From the NCBI GenBank assembly GCA_038087875.1, contig JAXLNO010000058.1:61889-81888 (forward strand): 20,000 nt of DNA, read 5' to 3'. Positions 1 through 10,669 of the stretch are shown here, one piece after another. A model generated the notes under the pieces. The model did not search any database. It saw nothing but the letters and a program-made list of their open reading frames with translations, and was not told where the DNA came from. The DNA comes from Malacoraja senta (lineage: Eukaryota). Both the position numbers and the translations under genes were made by a program. Position 1 is the stretch's first letter. Each line of letters starts with the position of its first letter.

Positions 1-2877
1 TTCGAGATAGAGTTCGAGATCGAGATAGAGATCGAGATCGAGTTCGAGTTAGAGAGAGAGTTCCATATAGAGTTCGAATACAAGATAGTTCGAGTTCGAG
101 TTCAAGATAGTTCGAGTTCGATTTCGAGTTCGCGTTCGAGATAGTTCGAGATAGAGTTCGAGTTCGAATTCGAGTTTTAGCTAGAAATAGTTCGAGTTCA
201 AGATAGATTTCGAGTTCGAGATAGAGTTCGAGTTCGAGAGAGCGTTCGAGATATTTCGAGTTCGAGTTCGAGATAAGAGTTCGAGTTCGAGATAGACTAC
301 GAGTTCGAGTTCGAGTTTTAGTTAGAGAGAGAGAGAGATATAGTTCGAGTTCGAATTCGAGTTGGAGTTCGAGATAGAATTCGAGTTCGAGTTCGTTCGA
401 GCTCGAGTTCGAGTTGAATGAATGAAAGAATGTATAAATTTATTGACTAAGTATTCACCAAGTTTATTAGCCAAGATTGTTGCCTTGGTGCTCCGCCCGA
501 AAGCCGAACCCGAACTCGAGTTCGAGATAGTTCGAGTTCGAGATAGGGTTCGAGATCGAGAAAGAGATCGAGGTCGAGTTCGAGATCGAGGGAGAGAGAG
601 AGATAGATTTCGAGTTCGAGATAGTTCGAGTTCGAGATAGAGTTCGAGTTCGAGATAGTTGGAGAACGAGTTGAGATCGAGATCGAGTTCGAGTCGAGAG
701 CAAGTTCCAGATAGAGTTCGAGTTCAAGATACAGTTCGAGTTTGAGTTCGAGATCGAGTTCGAGTTCGAGATAAGAGTTCGAGTTCGAGATAGAGTACGA
801 GTTCGAGTTTTAGTTCGAGAGAGAGTTCGAGTTGAAGGAATGAATGAATGAATGAATGAGTTAGTTTATTGGCCAAGTATTCACAAACAAGGAATTTGCC
901 TTGGTGCTCCGCCCGTAAGTCGAAATCCAACTCGAGTTCGAGATCGAATTCGAGTTGGAGTTCGAGATAGATTTCGAGTTCGAGTTCGAGATAGATTTCG
1001 AGTTCGAGATAAAGTTCGAGGTCGGGATAGTTCAAATTCGAATTCCAGTTTTAGCTAGAGATAGAGTTCGAGTTCAAGATAAATTTTGAGATCGAATTCA
1101 AGATAAAGTTCGAGTTCGAGATCGAGATCTAGTTTGAGATCGAGTTCGCGTTTGAGATAGTTCGAGATAGAGTTCGAGATAGAGTTCAAGTTCGTGAGAG
1201 ATTTCGAGATATTTCGAATTCGACTTCGAGATAGTTCGAAGTCGAGATAGAGTACGAGTTCGAGTTTTAGTTAGAGAGAGAGTTCGAGATAGAGTTCGAG
1301 TTCAAGTTGGAGTTGGAGTTCGAGTTGGAGTTCGAGTTCGAGATAGAGTTCGAGATAGAGTTCGAGTTCGAGTTCAAGTTCGAGCTCGAGTTCGAGTTAA
1401 ATGAATGTATGAATGAATGAATACGTTTATTGGCCAAGTATTCACATACAAGGAATTTGCTTTGGTGCTCCGCCGGGAGCTCGAACTCCAACTCGAGTTC
1501 GAGATCGATTTCTAGTTCGGGTTCGAGATAGACTTCGAGTTCCAGATAGAGTTCGAGGCCGAGATATTTAGTTCGAATTCGAGTTTTAGCTGGAGATAGA
1601 GGTCGAGTTCAAGATAGAGTTCGAGTTCGAGTTCGAGATCGAGTTCGCGTTCGAGATAGTTCGGGATAGTTCGAGTTGGAGTTCGAGTTCGAGAGACAGT
1701 TCGAGATATAGTTCTAGAGAAGAGTTCGAGTTCGAGTTCGAGTTCGAGTTCGAGTTGACTGAATGAATGAATGATGAAGGAATGAATGAATGTTTATCGG
1801 ACATGTATTCACATACAAGGAATTTGCATTGGAGTTCCGCCCGCAAGTCGAGCTCGAGCTCGAGTTTGAGATCGAGTTCGAGATGGAGATGGAGATAGAG
1901 TTCGAGTTCGAGATAGAGTTGGAGTTCGAGTTCAAGTTTGAGCTCGAGTTCGAGTTAACTGAATGAATGAATGAATAAGTTTAGTGGCAAAGTATTCACA
2001 TACTAGGTGTTTGCCTTGGTTCTCCGCCCGTAAGTTGAAATCTAACTCAGGTTCGAGATCGAATTCGAGTTCGAGTTCGAGATAGATTTCGAGTTCCAGA
2101 TAAAGTTCAAGTTCGAGCTCGAGTTCGAGTTAAATGAATGAATGAATGAATGAATGAATAAGTTTATTGGCCAAGTATTCACATACTAGGTGTTTGCCTT
2201 GGTGCTCCGCCCGTAAGTCGAAATCCAACTCGAGTTCGAGATCGAATTCGAATTCGAATTCGAGTTCGAGATAGATTTCGAGTTCGAGATAAAGTTCGAG
2301 GTCGAGATAGTTCGAGTTCGATTTCGAGTTTTAGCTGGAGATAGAGTTCGAGTTCAAAATAGAGTTCGAGTTCAAGATAAAGTTCGAGATCGAGATCGAG
2401 TTTGATATCGAGTTCGCGTTCGAGATAGTTCGAGATAGAGTTCAAGTTCGAGAGAGTTCGAGATATTTCGAGTTCGAGATAAGAGTTCGAGTTCGAGATA
2501 GAGTACGAGTTCGAGTTCGAGTTTTAGTTAGAGAGAGAGTTCGAGATAGAGTTCGAGAGAGAGTTCGAGAGAGAGTTCGAGATAGATTTCGAAATAGATT
2601 TCGAGTTCGAGAGAGAGTTAGAGTTCGCGATAGAGTTCGAATTCAAGATAGAGTTCGATTTCAAGTTCGAATTCGAGTTCGAGATCGAGTTCAAGATAGA
2701 GTTCGAGTTTGAGTTCGAGAGAGAGTTCGAGTTCGAGTTTACTGAATGCATGAATAAATGAATGAATACATTTATTGACCATGTATTCACATACAAGGAA
2801 TGTGCCTTGATGCTCCGCCCGCAATTCGAGTTCGAGTTCGAGATATTCGTGATAGAGTTCGAGTTAGAGTTCGAGTT

Positions 2878-3656
2878 CAATAGACAATAGACAATAGGTG
2901 CAGGTGTAGGCCATTTGGCCCTTCGAGCCAGCACCGCCATTCAATGTGATCATGGCTGATTATCCCCAATCAGTACCCCGTCCCTGCCTTCTCCCAAAAT
3001 CCCCTGACTCCGCTATTTTTAAGATCCCTATCTAGCTCTCTCTTGAAAGCATCCAGAGAACCTGCCTCCACCGCCCTCTGAGGCAGAGAATTCCACGGAC
3101 TCACCACTCTCTGTGAGAAAAAGCGTTTTCTCGTCTCCGTTCTAAATGGCTTATTCTTAAACTGTGGTCCCTGGTTCAGGACTCCCCCAACACCGGGAAC
3201 ACGTGTCCTGCCTCTAGTGTGTCCAAGCCCTTAACAATCTTATATGTCTCAATGAGATCCCCTCTCATCCTTCTAAACTCCAAAGTGTCCAAGCCCAGCT
3301 GCTCCATCCTGGGAATTAACCTTGTAAACCTACGCTGCACTCCCTCAATAACAAGAATGTCCTTCCTCAAATTAGGGGACCAAAACTGCACACAATACAC
3401 CAGGTGTGGTCTCACTAGGGCTCTGTACAACTGCAGAAGGACCTCTTTGCTCCTATATACGATTCCTCTTGTTATAAAGGCCAACATGCCATTCGCTTTC
3501 TTCACTGCCTGCTGTACCTGCTTGTTTACTTTCATAGACTGGTGTACAAGGACCCCCAGATCCCGTTGTACTTCCCCTTTTCCCAACTTGCCGCCATTTA
3601 GATAGAAATCTGCCTTCCTGTTTTTGCTACCAACGTGGATAACCTCACATTTATCC
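2878..3656 (-). mobile_element. 5'-truncated CR1-clade LINE fragment (ORF2 C-terminus, 3' UTR and (CTATTGT)n tail)
   Basis: ORF 3176-3586(-) contains hallmark CR1 ORF2 sequence QRDLGVLVH...KKANGMLAFI...LYRALVRPHL.YCVQFWSP...EGVQRRFTRLIP...RRMRGDLIETYKI. The frame continues in degraded form to a stop near 2970. The tail CAATAGACAATAGACAATAG starts at 2878. A short in-frame deletion appears to follow RLIP. Confidence 0.93.
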
Positions 3657-6600
3657 TTGAGTTTCTTGACTAAGTATTCACCAAGTTTATTGGGGAAGAT
3701 TTATGCCTTGGTTCTCCGCCCGAAAGTCGAACCGGAACTCGAGTTCGCGATAGTTCGAGTTCGAGATAGGGTTCGAGATTGAGATAGAGATCGAGATCGA
3801 GTTCGAGAGAGAGTTCGAGATAGATTTCGAGATAAATTTCCAGTTCGAGATAGCGTTCGAGTTCGAGATTGAGTTCGAGATAGAGTTCGAGATCGAGATA
3901 GAGATCGAGATCGAGTTCGAGTTAGAGAGAGAGTTCCATATAGAGTTCGAATACAAGATAGTTCGAGTTCGAGTTCAAGATAGTTCGAGTTCGATTTCGA
4001 GTTCGCGTTCGAGATAGTTCGAGATAGAGTTCGAGTTCGAATTCGAGTTTTAGCTAGAAATAGTTCGAGTTCAAGATAGATTTCGAGTTCGAGTTCAAAC
4101 TAAAGTTCGAGTTCGAGATCGAGATCGAGTTTGAGATCGAGTTCGCGTTCGAGATAGTTCGAGAGAGAGTTCGAGATAGAGTTCAAGTTCGAGAGAGAGT
4201 TCGAGATATTTCGAGTTCGAGTTCGAGATAGTTCGAGTTCGAGATAGAATACGAGTTCGAGTTCGAGATTTAGTTAGAGAGAGAGTTCGAGATAGAGTTC
4301 GAGAGAGAGAGTTCGAGAGAGAGTTCGAGATAGATTTCGAGATAGATTTCGAGTTCGAGAGAGAGTTCGAGTTCGAGATAGAGTCCGAGTTCGAGATTGA
4401 GTTCGAGTTCGAGCGAGAAAGAGTTCGAGCTAGAGATAGAGTTCGAGTTCAAGATAGAGTTCGAGTTCAAGTTCGAATTCGAGTTCGAGATGGAGATCGA
4501 GATCGAGATAGAGTTCGTATTCGAGATAGTTCGAGATAGAGTTCGAGTTCGAGAGAGCGTTCGAGATATTTCGAGTTCGAGTTCGAGATAAGAGTTCGAG
4601 TTCGAGATAGACTACGAGTTCGAGTTCGAGTTTTAGTTAGAGAGAGAGAGAGATATATATAGTTCGAGTTCGAATTCGAGTTGGAGTTCGAGATAGAATT
4701 CGAGTTCGAGTTCGTTCGAGCTCGAGTTCGAGTTGAATGAATGAAAGAATGTATAAATTTATTGACTAAGTATTCACCAAGTTTATTAGCCAAGATTGTT
4801 GCCTTGGTGCTCCGCCCGAAAGCCGAACCCAAACTCGAGTTCGAGATAGTTCGAGTTCGAGATAGGGTTCGAGATCGAGAAAGAGATCGAGGTCGCATTC
4901 GAGATCGAGGGAGAGAGAGAGATAGATTTCGAGTTCGAGATAGTTCGAGTTCGAGATAGAGTACGAGTTCGAGTTTTAGTTAGAGAGAGAGTTCGAGATA
5001 GAGTTCGAGTTCGAGTTCAAGTTCGAGCTCGAGTTCGAGTTAAATGAATGTATGAATGAATGAATACGTTTATTGGCCAAGTATTCACATACAAGGAATT
5101 TGCCTTGGTGCTCCGCCGGGAGCTCGAACTCCAACTCGAGTTCGAGATCGATTTCTAGTTCGGGTTCGAGATAGACTTCGAGTTCCAGATAGAGTTCGAG
5201 GCCGAGATATTTAGTTCGAATTCGAGTTTTAGCTGGAGATAGAGGTCGAGTTCAAGATAGAGTTCGAGTTCGAGTTCGAGATCGAGTTCGCGTTCGAGAT
5301 AGTTCGGGATAGTTCGAGTTGGAGTTCGAGTTCGAGAGACAGTTCGAGATATAGTTCTAGAGAAGAGTTCGAGTTCGAGTTCGAGTTCGAGTTCGAGTTG
5401 ACTGAATGAATGAATGATGAAGGAATGAATGAATGTTTATCGGACATGTATTCACATACAAGGAATTTGCATTGGAGTTCCGCCCGCAAGTCGAGCTCGA
5501 GCTCGAGTTTGAGATCGAGTTCGAGATGGAGATGGAGATAGAGTTCGAGTTCGAGATAGAGTTGGAGTTCGAGTTCAAGTTTGAGCTCGAGTTCGAGTTA
5601 ACTGAATGAATGAATGAATAAGTTTAGTGGCAAAGTATTCACATACTAGGTGTTTGCCTTGGTGCTCCGCCCGTAAGTTGAAATCTAACTCAGGTTCGAG
5701 ATCGAATTCGAGTTCGAGTTCGAGATAGATTTCGAGTTCCAGATAAAGTTCAAGTTCGAGCTCGAGTTCGAGTTAAATGAATGAATGAATGAATGAATGA
5801 ATAAGTTTATTGGCCAAGTATTCACATACTAGGTGTTTGCCTCGGTGCTCCGCCCGTAAGTCGAAATCCAACGAGTTCGAGATCGAATTCGAGTTCGAGT
5901 TCGAGATCGAGATCGAGTTCGAGATAGAGTTCGCGTTTGAGTTCGAGAGCGAGTTCGAGTTCGAGTTGACTGAATGAATGAATGAATGAATACGTTCACT
6001 GGCCATGTATTCACATACACGGAAGTTGCCTTGGTGCTCCGCCCGGAAGTCGAACTCCAACTCGATTTTGGGATCCGAGAGAGTACGAGTTCGAGTGCGA
6101 GTTGGAGAGCGAGTTTGAGTTCGAGATAGAGTTCGTGATCGAGTTCGAGTTCTAGTTGAAGTTGGAGTTGGAGTTGGAGTTGGAGTTCGAGATAGAGTTC
6201 GAGTTCGAGATAGAGTTGGAGTTCGAGTTCAAGTTTGAGCTCGAGTTCGAGTTAACTGAATGAATGAATGAATAAGTTTATTGGCAAAGTATTCACATAC
6301 TAGGTGTTTGCCTTGGTGCTCCGCCCGTAAGTTGAAATCCAACTCAGGTTCGAGATCGAATTCGAGTTCGAGTTCGAGATAGATTTCGAGTTCCAGATAA
6401 AGTTCAAGTTCGAGCTCGAGTTCGAGTTAAATGAATGAATGAATGAATGAATAAGTTTATTGGCCAAGTATTCACATACTAGGTGTTTACCTCGGTGCTC
6501 CGCCCGTAAGTCGAAATCCAACGAGATTTTGGGATCCGAGAGAGTACGAGTTCGAGTGCGAGTTCGAGAGCGAGTTTGAGTTCGAGATAGAGTTCGTAAT

Positions 6601-8633
6601 CGAGTTCGAGTTCTAGTTGAAGTTGGAGTTGGAGTTGGAGTTCGAGATAGAGTTCGAGTTCGCGATAGTTCGAGTTCGAGATAGAGTTTGGGTTCGAGTT
6701 CAAGTTCGAGCTCGAGCTCGAGTTAAATGAACGAATGAATGAATACGTTTATTGGCCAATATTCACATACAAGGAATTTGCCTTGGTGCTCCGCCCGTAA
6801 CTCGAACTCCAACTCGAGTTCTAGATCGAATTCGAGTTCGAGTTCGAGATAGATTTCGAGTTCCAGTTCAAATTCGAGTTCGAGATAGATTTCGAGTTCG
6901 AGATAGATTTCGAGGTCGAGATATATACAGTTCGAATTCGAGTTCGAGATAGTTCGAGTTCGTTCGAGCTCGAGTTCGAGTTAAATGAATGAATGAATGA
7001 ATACGTTTATTGGGCATGTATTCACATACAAGGAATTTGCCTTGGTGCTCCGCCCGTAACTCGAACTCGAGTTCGAGATCGAATTCGAGATAGATTTCGA
7101 GTTCCAGTAGGAGTTCGAGTTCGAGTTAGATTTCGAGTTCGAGATAGCGTTCGAGGTCGAGATATTTAGAGTTCGAATTCGTGTTTTAGGCAGAGATAGA
7201 GTTCGAGTTCAAGATAGAGTTCGAGTTCGAGTTCAAGATAGATTTCGAGTTCGAGTTCAAGATCGAGTTCGCGTTCGAGATAATTGGAGATAGAGTTCGA
7301 GGTATAGTTCGAGAGAGAGAGAGATTTCGAGATAGAGTTCGAGTTCAAGATAAGAATTCGAGTTCAAGATAGAGTTCCAGTTCGAGATAGAGTACGATTT
7401 CGAGTTCATTGAGATCGAATTCTAGTTCGAGTTCCAGTTCGAGTTCGAGATCGAGTTCGCGTTCGATTGAGAGTTCGAGTTCGAGAGAGAGTTCGAGTTC
7501 GAGATAGAGTTCGAGTTCGAGATAGAGTACGAGTTCGAGTTCATTGAGATCGAATTCTAGTTCGAGTTCCAGTTCGAGTTCGAGATCGAGTTCGCGTTCG
7601 ATTGAGAGTTCGAGTTCGAGAGAGAGTTCGAGTTCGAGAGAGAGTTCGAGTTCGAGATAGAGTTCGAGTTCCAGAGAGAGTTCGTTCGAATTCGAGTTCG
7701 AGAAAGAGTTAGAGTTAGAATTCGAGTTCGAGTTCGAGTTAGAATTCAATTTCGAGTTCGACATCGAGTTCGAGATAGAGTTCGAATTTGAAGTCGAGTT
7801 CGAGAATTCGAAGTTGGAGTTCGTTCGGGAGTGATTTCGACATATAGTTCGAGAGAGTTAGAGTTCGAGATAGTGTTCGAGGTCGAGATAGAGTGCCGGA
7901 AAGAGTTCGAGATAGTTCGAGTTCAAGTTCGAGTTGGAATTGGAGTTGTAGTTCGAGGTAGTGTTCGCGTTCGAGATAGATCGAGTTCGAGATAGAGTTC
8001 GAGCTCGAGATATAGTTCGAGTTCGAGTTCGAGTTCGAGTACGAGTTCGAGTTCGAGTTCGAGTACGAGTTCGAGTTCGAATTCGAGTGCGAGTTCGTGA
8101 TATAGTTCGAGTCCAAGTTCGAGTTGGAATCGGAGTTGGAGTTCGATAGAATACAAGTTCGAGATATAGTTCGACTTCGAGTTCAAGGACGAGTTCCAGA
8201 TCGAGTTCGAGATCGAGTTCTGGTTCGAGAGAGATAGTTCGGGATAGAGTTCGAGATACAGTTAGAGTTCGAATTCGAGTTCGAGATAGAGTTCGAGTTC
8301 TAGTTCTTTCGATTTCGAGTTGAATGAATGAATGAACGAATGAATGAATGAATTAATTTATTGGCCAAGACTTCACATACAAGGAAATTGCCTTGGTGCT
8401 CCGCCCGCAAGTCGAACTCCAACTCGAGTTTGAAATAGAGGTCGAGGTCGAGATGGTGTTCGAGATAGAGTTTGTGTTCGACAGAGAGTTCGATATATAT
8501 TTCGAGATCGAGTTCCAGATCGAGTTCGAGTTCGAGAGAGTGTTCGAGGTAGATTTCGAGGTCGAGATAGTTCGAGTTCGAGATATACGAGTTCGAATTC
8601 GAGTTCGAGATAGTTCGAGTTCGAGTTCGAGTT

Positions 8634-8793
8634 GAATGAATGAATGAATGAATGAATGAATAAAAGAATGAATGAATGAATGAATGAATGAATGAATGAA
8701 AGAATGAATGAATGAATGAATGAATGAATGAATGAATGAATGAATGAAAGAATGAATGAATGAATGAATGAATGAATGAATGAATGAATGAAT
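8634..8793. repeat. Expanded (GAAT)n microsatellite, the tail of one cassette copy
   Basis: About 160 bp of GAAT with AAA/TAAAA interruptions. Confidence 0.97.
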
Positions 8794-8894
8794 AAATACA
8801 TTTATTGGCCAAGTATTCACATAGAAGGAATTTGTTCGAGTTCGTTAGAGATAGAGTTTGTGATAGAGTTCGAGTTCGAGTTCGAGTTCGAGTT

Positions 8895-9038
8895 GAATGA
8901 ATGAATGAATGAATGAATGAATGAATGAATGAATAAAAGAATGAATGAATGAATGAATGAATGAATGAATGAAAGAATGAATGAATGAATGAATGAATGA
9001 ATGAATGAATGAAAGAATGAATGAATGAATGAATGAAT
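8895..9038. repeat. Expanded (GAAT)n microsatellite, local duplicate of 8634-8793
   Basis: Same order of interruptions and same downstream variant CATAGAAGGAATTTG as the preceding copy. Confidence 0.95.
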
Positions 9039-9725
9039 AAATACATTTATTGGCCAAGTATTCACATAGAAGGAATTTGCCTTGGTGCTCCGCTAGCAAG
9101 AACTCCAACTCGAGTTCGAGTTCGTTAGAGATAGAGTTTGTGATAGAGTTCGAGTTCGAGTTCGAGATAGAGTTCGAGATCAAGTTCGATGTTGGAGTTG
9201 GAGTTCGAGATAGTTCGAGTTCGAGCTGGAGTTCGAGTTCAAGAAACAGTTCAAGTTCGAGATCGAGTTCGCGCTAGAGTTCGAGTTCGAGATAGATTTT
9301 GATGTCGCGATAGTTGGAGTTCACGATACAGTTCGAGTTCTAATTCGAGTTCGAGATCGAGATCGAGTACGAGATAGAGTTCGAGTTGAATGAATGAATG
9401 AATGAATGAATGAATGAATGAATGAATGAATGAATGAATGAATACATGTATTGGCCAAGTATTCACAAACAAGGAATTTGCTTTGCTGGTCCGCCAGCAA
9501 GTCGAACTCCAACTCGAGTTCGAGATAGAGTTCGAGCTCGTATTCGAGTTCGAGATCGAGTTCGAGATCGAGTTCGAGTTCGAGAGAAAGTTCGAAAGAG
9601 AGTTCGAGATAGTGCGAGTTCGAGTTCGAGTTCGAGATCGAGTTCGAGATCGAGTTCGAGTTCGAGAGAAAGTTCGAGAGAGAGTTCGAGATCGAGATAG
9701 AGTTCGAGTTCGAGTCGAGAGAGTT

Positions 9726-10444
9726 TATTTTATTTTTATTTTATTTTATTGTTTATTTCGAACAGAATAAAAGAATTTTAAAAAAGTGTGAAACAGCATA
9801 CAAAAAAACAAAACAAGAATATTTATAGTGTCATAAACAATATCTATAAATAAACGAAATCGTATGTGTCCCAAAAGGAGCAGGAAGAAGCCGAAGCTTA
9901 TTAATTCCCACCCCCTTATTTAACTGCTTATAATTATCTTATACACATTTAGCAGCTATATGTGCACCATATGTACACCACCAGCTATATGTACACCAAA
10001 TTATTTACATTTATACACTAATCAAATATTTACAAAGCCATACAAAATAAGAGAGAAAAAAGAAAAAAGAAAAGAAAAAACCCTCATATACTACACAGTA
10101 TCCCTCAGTCATATATACAACCCATAACCCTCATATACTATACAGTCATATATACAACCCATCACCCTATAATCACCCTTCCCGATACAATCAGTATAAC
10201 AAATATCCCACTCACAATCACCTATCCTCATCCCAATATCCTTTAAAAAAAGTGTTTTTGTACATCTTTTTAAACTGAATTATGTTTGTGATAAGCTTTA
10301 TCTCCTGTTCCAGACCATTCCACAAATTCACCCGACAGATTGCTATGCACATAATTTAAAGAGTTTTTCTGACATTGAGTTTTTTTTAAATTATTTTCCC
10401 CTCACAAATTATACCCACCCTGTCTTTCCATAAACAGTTTTTCT
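9726..10444 (-). mobile_element. 5'-truncated LINE 3' fragment, probably Crack/Daphne-like (L2/CR1 group), with AT-rich 3' UTR and (AATAA)n tail
   Basis: Not in the ORF track. Manual - strand translation of ~10444-10220 gives EKLFMERQGGYNL*GENNLKK / LNVRKTL*IMCIAICRVNLWNGLEQEIKLITNIIQFKKMYKNTFFKGY. This matches the YNLR...LWNxL...FKK C-terminal pattern of LINE ORF2. The + strand (TTTAT)n tail starts at 9726, and satellite lies on both sides. Clade call is from memory. Confidence 0.72.
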
Positions 10445-10669
10445 CGAGTTCAAGATCAAGTTCGAGCTCGAGTTCGAATTGAATGAATGAATGAATGAAT
10501 GAATGAATTAATTAATTAATTAATTAATGAACACGTTTCTTGGCCTAGTACTCACATACAGGGAAGTTGCCTTGGTGCTCCGCCCGCAAGTCGAACTCAA
10601 ACTCGAGTTCGAGATAGAGTTCGAGTTCGAGATAGAGAACGAGTTCGCGTTCGAGTTCGAGTTCGGGTT
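10445..10669. repeat. (TTCGAG)n satellite segment with one cassette copy, between two LINE insertions
   Basis: TTCGAG units and a cassette at 10481-10586 whose tail is partly converted to (TAAT)n. Confidence 0.93.

Larger units (their letters stand above)
1..9725. repeat. Complex hexameric satellite, consensus (TTCGAG)n mixed with GAGATA/GAGATC/GAGAGA units; runs off the left edge of the window
   Basis: Directly visible tandem TTCGAG units throughout, with variants TTCAAG, TTTGAG, TTGGAG and TTCCAG. Interrupted by the recurring (GAAT)n cassette and the CR1 insertion at 2878-3656. Confidence 0.97.
416..10586 (-). repeat. About 23 dispersed, co-oriented copies of a LINE-3'-end-like cassette: (GAAT)n-AAGTTTATTGGCCAAGTATTCACATACAAGGAATTTGCCTTGGTGCTCCGCCCG
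   Basis: Approximate starts: 416, 834, 1399, 1757, 1957, 2132, 2741, 3660 (no GAAT tract), 4735, 5042, 5400, 5600, 5775, 5968, 6254, 6429, 6725, 6983, 8322, 8634 (truncated), 8895, 9388, 10481, plus a stub at 12274. The - strand reads a stem-loop (CAAGG-CAAATT-CCTTG), then AATAAA, then an (ATTC)n tail, which is the architecture of a non-LTR retrotransposon 3' end. Family assignment (probably Rex1/Babar-type) is inference. Confidence 0.85.

Noticed and set aside
3219..3605. + strand 128-aa ORF
   Set aside because: Antisense shadow of CR1 ORF2.
1..9725. Heat-shock element array (nGAAn/nTTCn)
   Set aside because: TTC recurs as a direct repeat every 6 bp, not as alternating inverted 5-bp units. 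Matches are sporadic.
416..10586. CRISPR-like array (conserved repeat with variable spacers)
   Set aside because: Spacers are hundreds of bases of satellite rather than unique 30-40 bp sequences, the repeats carry microsatellite tails, there are no cas genes, and the context is eukaryotic.
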